38,861 nucleotides of DNA from Firmicutes bacterium UBA3914 (GTDB lineage Bacteria; Bacillota; Limnochordia; Darwinibacteriales; Darwinibacteriaceae): assembly GCA_002391385.1 (NCBI GenBank), contig DGEY01000040.1, positions 2,175 to 41,035 on the forward strand, read 5' to 3'. The notes beneath the pieces are model-generated. The model saw only the letters and a program-made list of their open reading frames with translations, had not been told where the DNA came from and ran no database searches. Shown piece by piece: positions 35,594-38,861 of the stretch (its first letter is position 1; every line of letters starts with the position of its first letter). The position numbers and the translations under genes are program-made.

Positions 35594-36271
35594 TTAGTAG
35601 AATAGACGCAAAAAGATCAAGGCCAGGCCGCTCCCTAAAAGGGCACCGGCGGTAACTTCCCAAAGGTTGTGCATCTTGCCTTCGAGCCTGCTCTGGCCCA
35701 CCAAGAGGGCCAGGGCAAAACCGGCCACAACCGGCAGACCTCTGCTCACTTCCCCGATGATCACCGCCAGGGCGAAAGCCACCGCGGTGTGCAGAGAAGG
35801 CCGGCCCCTCCGGCGCGCACTGGCCTGCCAGCCCAAAACGGTGAAGATCACCGCGCCTAGGATCAGGACCACCAGGTACTCCAGGGGAAGCTGACTCCGC
35901 CAGAGCAGCTCGTCCAAGCGCAGCAGGTAGTCGATGAACACCAGATAACCCACGGCAGCCGCGGTGCAGGCCGCCACCAGCACGGCTCCGGCGGCGATGT
36001 TTTTGATGGTGCCCGCGAGGGGGTGGTAATCCGGGGTAATCAGGTCCACCACTTCTTCCACGACCGTGTTGAACAGCTCGGCCACCAGCACCAGTCCGAT
36101 GGTGAGCATCAGCCCCACCAGCTCTAGGCGGCCAACTCCCAGGGCCGCAGCGAAGATCACCACCAAAAGGCCCAAGAGCAGGTGGATGCGCATGTTCCGC
36201 TCCGAACGCACCACATGGACAATGCCCCGGAGCGCGTCGCTGAAGCTCATGAAGATGCTCCGCCTTTTCAC
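35594..36271 (-). CDS. dgkA: Undecaprenol/diacylglycerol kinase (DgkA family) fused to a PAP2-like domain
   Basis: ERNMRIH, ELFNTVVEEVVD, KNIAAGAV; C-terminal PSLH and SRLEGKMH. Confidence 0.88.
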   Translation of the reverse strand: MKRRSIFMSFSDALRGIVHVVRSERNMRIHLLLGLLVVIFAAALGVGRLELVGLMLTIGLVLVAELFNTVVEEVVDLITPDYHPLAGTIKNIAAGAVLVAACTAAAVGYLVFIDYLLRLDELLWRSQLPLEYLVVLILGAVIFTVLGWQASARRRGRPSLHTAVAFALAVIIGEVSRGLPVVAGFALALLVGQSRLEGKMHNLWEVTAGALLGSGLALIFLRLFY

Positions 36272-36273
36272 GC

Positions 36274-36735
36274 CTAATCTCTCCCCAAGCCCAGCTCCCT
36301 CAAGACCCTCTCTTCCCAAGCCCGCATTTCCCGCTGCTCCTCGTCGGTTTGGTGGTCGTGGCCCAAAAGGTGAAAAAACCCGTGAATGGCCAAGAAAGCC
36401 ACTTCGCGGGCCAGAGAATGACCGTACTCTTCCGCCTGGGCCCTGGCCCGTTCCAGGGAGATGACAATATCGCCCAGCATACGGGGGAGGCCCTCCAAGA
36501 ACACAAAGTCCTCATCCCCCTCCTGGGGAAAGGACAGCACATCGGTGGGGGCAAAAATGCCCCGGTAATGGCCGTTGAGGGAGGCGATGGTGTCGTCGTC
36601 CACAAAGGAAACGCTCACTTCCACCGGTTCCGCCAGGCCCTTAAGGCGCGCCGCCAGGGCGAATCCCCCTTTGATCAGTTCTTCAAAGGAAGTGGTATCT
36701 TGCTGGGGCAGTTCGTTATTGAAGAGGACTTCCAT
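36274..36735 (-). CDS. ybeY: rRNA maturation endoribonuclease YbeY
   Basis: LN..YRG...TDVLSF, LGDIVIS, HGFFHLLGHDH. Confidence 0.96.
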   Translation of the reverse strand: MEVLFNNELPQQDTTSFEELIKGGFALAARLKGLAEPVEVSVSFVDDDTIASLNGHYRGIFAPTDVLSFPQEGDEDFVFLEGLPRMLGDIVISLERARAQAEEYGHSLAREVAFLAIHGFFHLLGHDHQTDEEQREMRAWEERVLRELGLGRD

Positions 36736-38861
36736 TTTTGCCCTTCTTCCCCTCTATCTCTTCTTTAGTGATCTTCTCCGGATACTCCACACGGGTATGG
36801 AACATGCCCATGATGACCTTCACAAAGGCGTTGGCGATCCTGTCCATGTCCTGGAACGTAAGGTCACTTTCGTCCAGCTGCCCTGAGTTCAAGCGATCCT
36901 TAATAATCTTGCGCACCAACCCTTCAATCTTCCCCGGGGTAGGTTTGGTAAGGGAACGCACCGCCGCCTCCACCGCATCGGCTAGAGACACGATGGCCAC
37001 TTCCTTACCCTGGGGTTTGGGACCGGGATAGCGGAAGTCCTTTTCTTCCACCGAACTGTCCTCGCTGGCCTCGGTGGCCCGGTGATAGAAGAAGCGCACC
37101 AGATCCGTACCGTGGTGCTGGGCGATGAACTGGGTGACCACATCGGGCAGCTTGTACTCGCTGGCCAGCTCCAAACCGTCCTTGACGTGGGAGGTGACAA
37201 TTAGGGTGGACAGTGAAGGCGCCATCTTGTCGTGGGGATTGTCTTTGCCCACCTGGTTTTCCACGAAGAAATAGGGGCGCTTCAGTTTACCGATATCGTG
37301 GTAGTGGGAGCCGACCCGGGCCAGCAGACCATCGGCGCCCACCGCCTCCGCCGCCGCCTCGGCCAGATTACCCACGAGGATGCTGTGATGGTAAGTGCCG
37401 GGCGCCTCCAGCATCAACCTGCGCAGCAGGGGATGGTTGGGATTGGACAGCTCCAAAAGCCGAATGGGCGAAGTGATCTTAAAGGCGCTCTCCAGGTAGG
37501 GCAAGACTCCGATGGCCACAATGGAAGCCAGCACACCGCTGAGCAGGCCCAGGTAGCTGTGGATCAGAAGTCCACTGTCCTTGCCCACCAGCCCCAGGGC
37601 CACCATGAGCAAGACGTTCACACCACCCACGATCGAGCCGGCGCGCATCAGATCGCCCCGCTGGCTCACCTTGGACACGCTCAAAACCGCGGTAAGTCCA
37701 CCCACAAGGGCCAGGATGCCCACTGCCCAGCTGAAGTCACTAATTACACCCAGCAGAACAGCGGTGACCACCGTGGCCATGGTGGCAACTTTGGGATCCA
37801 AAAGCAGCGTGAGCAGCAGGCCCACCAAAGCCGAGGGATTGAGGTACACCGCTTCCGGCCAGGCCAGCATGCTGAAGAGGCGGCCCAGGAGCAGTACCGT
37901 CACCACCACAGAGCCCACGAGGCCCATGTGGGCCGGGTTTTCCAATACCTGCAGGCGGTTCTGGCGCAGGTACACCCCCATGAGGGCCACCACGGCCAAA
38001 ACCAGAAGGGTACGGCCTGCCGCGGCGCCGTAGTCGCGCCCCGTCTTCAAAAGCCCCACATCCCGCATGAGGCTGATGTGCTCAGGCCTCACCACATCAC
38101 CTTTACGGATGATGATTTCGCCCTGGATGATCTGCACGGGCTGCACCGCCTGTTCAGCCTGGGCTACCGCTTCCTGCACCCTTTCCGTATCCAGCACCAG
38201 GTTGGGCCGGATGAGCTGCCTGCCCAGAACCACGGCAGCCTGCTCCAGATCATCCCTCAGACCGCTGCGCTTAACGCTCTCCTCAAAGGCATCCCTGGCA
38301 TCCCTCAGGCCATCTTCGCTGATCCGCTCCTCCATGGCTGCCAGGACCAACTCGGCGGTGATCTGGGCAAAGCGATCAAACTCCGCCAAAGATAAAGAAA
38401 CGACCGCTTCCAGATTCCGCTGGGGAATCTCGATCTGCCAATCCCGGATCAAGCGGCGGTCAATCTCTGAAATATTCAGTTGTTCAGGCTGTTCAGCATC
38501 TCCCGCATCTTCAGGGGCAATGCCCTGCCGCAGGAGGTTGAGCACCCCGGTGACATCCTCCTCAACCCCCAGGACCACCGCGGGGTTGATCTGGTAGAAA
38601 CTGGGGTCATCGGCCGCTTCCCGCAGCGCCTGCCGCGCCGCTTCTTCCTTCAGCCGTTCCGTTTCGCCGGAGTTGATGGCGGTGATGGGAGCTACAATGT
38701 CCCGCTTGGCAACTTCGCCCACTTCGATCTGGACACCGGCAGGTAAGGCACCGATGAGTAGGATGGCCAGGATGGCCGCGGTGATGAGCCCACCTAAAAG
38801 CCACTTGCTGACGGCGGTCGCCTGCACAGCCTGCAGCCAGGCTTGCCCCCACCTGCCTTTG
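36716..38861 (-). CDS. pgpH: 7TM-HD cyclic-di-AMP phosphodiesterase PgpH/YqfF, probably 5'-truncated by the window edge
   Basis: Extracellular domain plus 7TM plus EAPGTYHHS, YHDIGK, FFVENQ, HHGT, FRYPGP, LADAVEAA. The frame stays open to the window end above GTG 38827. Confidence 0.93.
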   Translation of the reverse strand, partial: KGRWGQAWLQAVQATAVSKWLLGGLITAAILAILLIGALPAGVQIEVGEVAKRDIVAPITAINSGETERLKEEAARQALREAADDPSFYQINPAVVLGVEEDVTGVLNLLRQGIAPEDAGDAEQPEQLNISEIDRRLIRDWQIEIPQRNLEAVVSLSLAEFDRFAQITAELVLAAMEERISEDGLRDARDAFEESVKRSGLRDDLEQAAVVLGRQLIRPNLVLDTERVQEAVAQAEQAVQPVQIIQGEIIIRKGDVVRPEHISLMRDVGLLKTGRDYGAAAGRTLLVLAVVALMGVYLRQNRLQVLENPAHMGLVGSVVVTVLLLGRLFSMLAWPEAVYLNPSALVGLLLTLLLDPKVATMATVVTAVLLGVISDFSWAVGILALVGGLTAVLSVSKVSQRGDLMRAGSIVGGVNVLLMVALGLVGKDSGLLIHSYLGLLSGVLASIVAIGVLPYLESAFKITSPIRLLELSNPNHPLLRRLMLEAPGTYHHSILVGNLAEAAAEAVGADGLLARVGSHYHDIGKLKRPYFFVENQVGKDNPHDKMAPSLSTLIVTSHVKDGLELASEYKLPDVVTQFIAQHHGTDLVRFFYHRATEASEDSSVEEKDFRYPGPKPQGKEVAIVSLADAVEAAVRSLTKPTPGKIEGLVRKIIKDRLNSGQLDESDLTFQDMDRIANAFVKVIMGMFHTRVEYPEKITKEEIEGKKGKNGSPLQ

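Overview
A GC-rich Firmicutes (Bacillota) core-genome window, almost all on the minus strand. It follows the Bacillus/Clostridium synteny blocks pgpH-ybeY-dgkA-cdd-era, sigI-rsgI, queA-tgt-yajC, recJ-apt-rel-dtd-MBL hydrolase-hemZ, hisS-aspS, 6S RNA-tcdA-rarA, iscR-iscS-iscU-yrrI, and alaS-ireB-degV-AKR-ruvX-DUF1292-mltG-U32. I found no mobile element, CRISPR array, rRNA or tRNA. The standout is a three-gene plus-strand insert at 7597-8449, two genes of which are missing from the supplied ORF track. It encodes (i) a TasA/CalY (camelysin)-like protein with no signal peptide that begins directly at the mature-type N-terminal donor strand, (ii) a 49-aa protein carrying a copy of that donor strand fused to a C-terminal transmembrane helix, and (iii) a 52-aa zinc-ribbon protein. 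I interpret this as a candidate Sec/SipW-independent, membrane-anchored donor-strand filament, possibly spore-associated. Secondary points: an RsgI lacking the Asn-Pro autoproteolysis motif behind a near-consensus sigma-I promoter, a PP2C/mini-kinase/HD-hydrolase trio, a PpiD-like foldase with a TPR domain next to hisS, an orphan holin-like gene with a sigma-E-like promoter, and a possible ATA start for hemZ. All family assignments come from motif recognition by eye, not from database searches.
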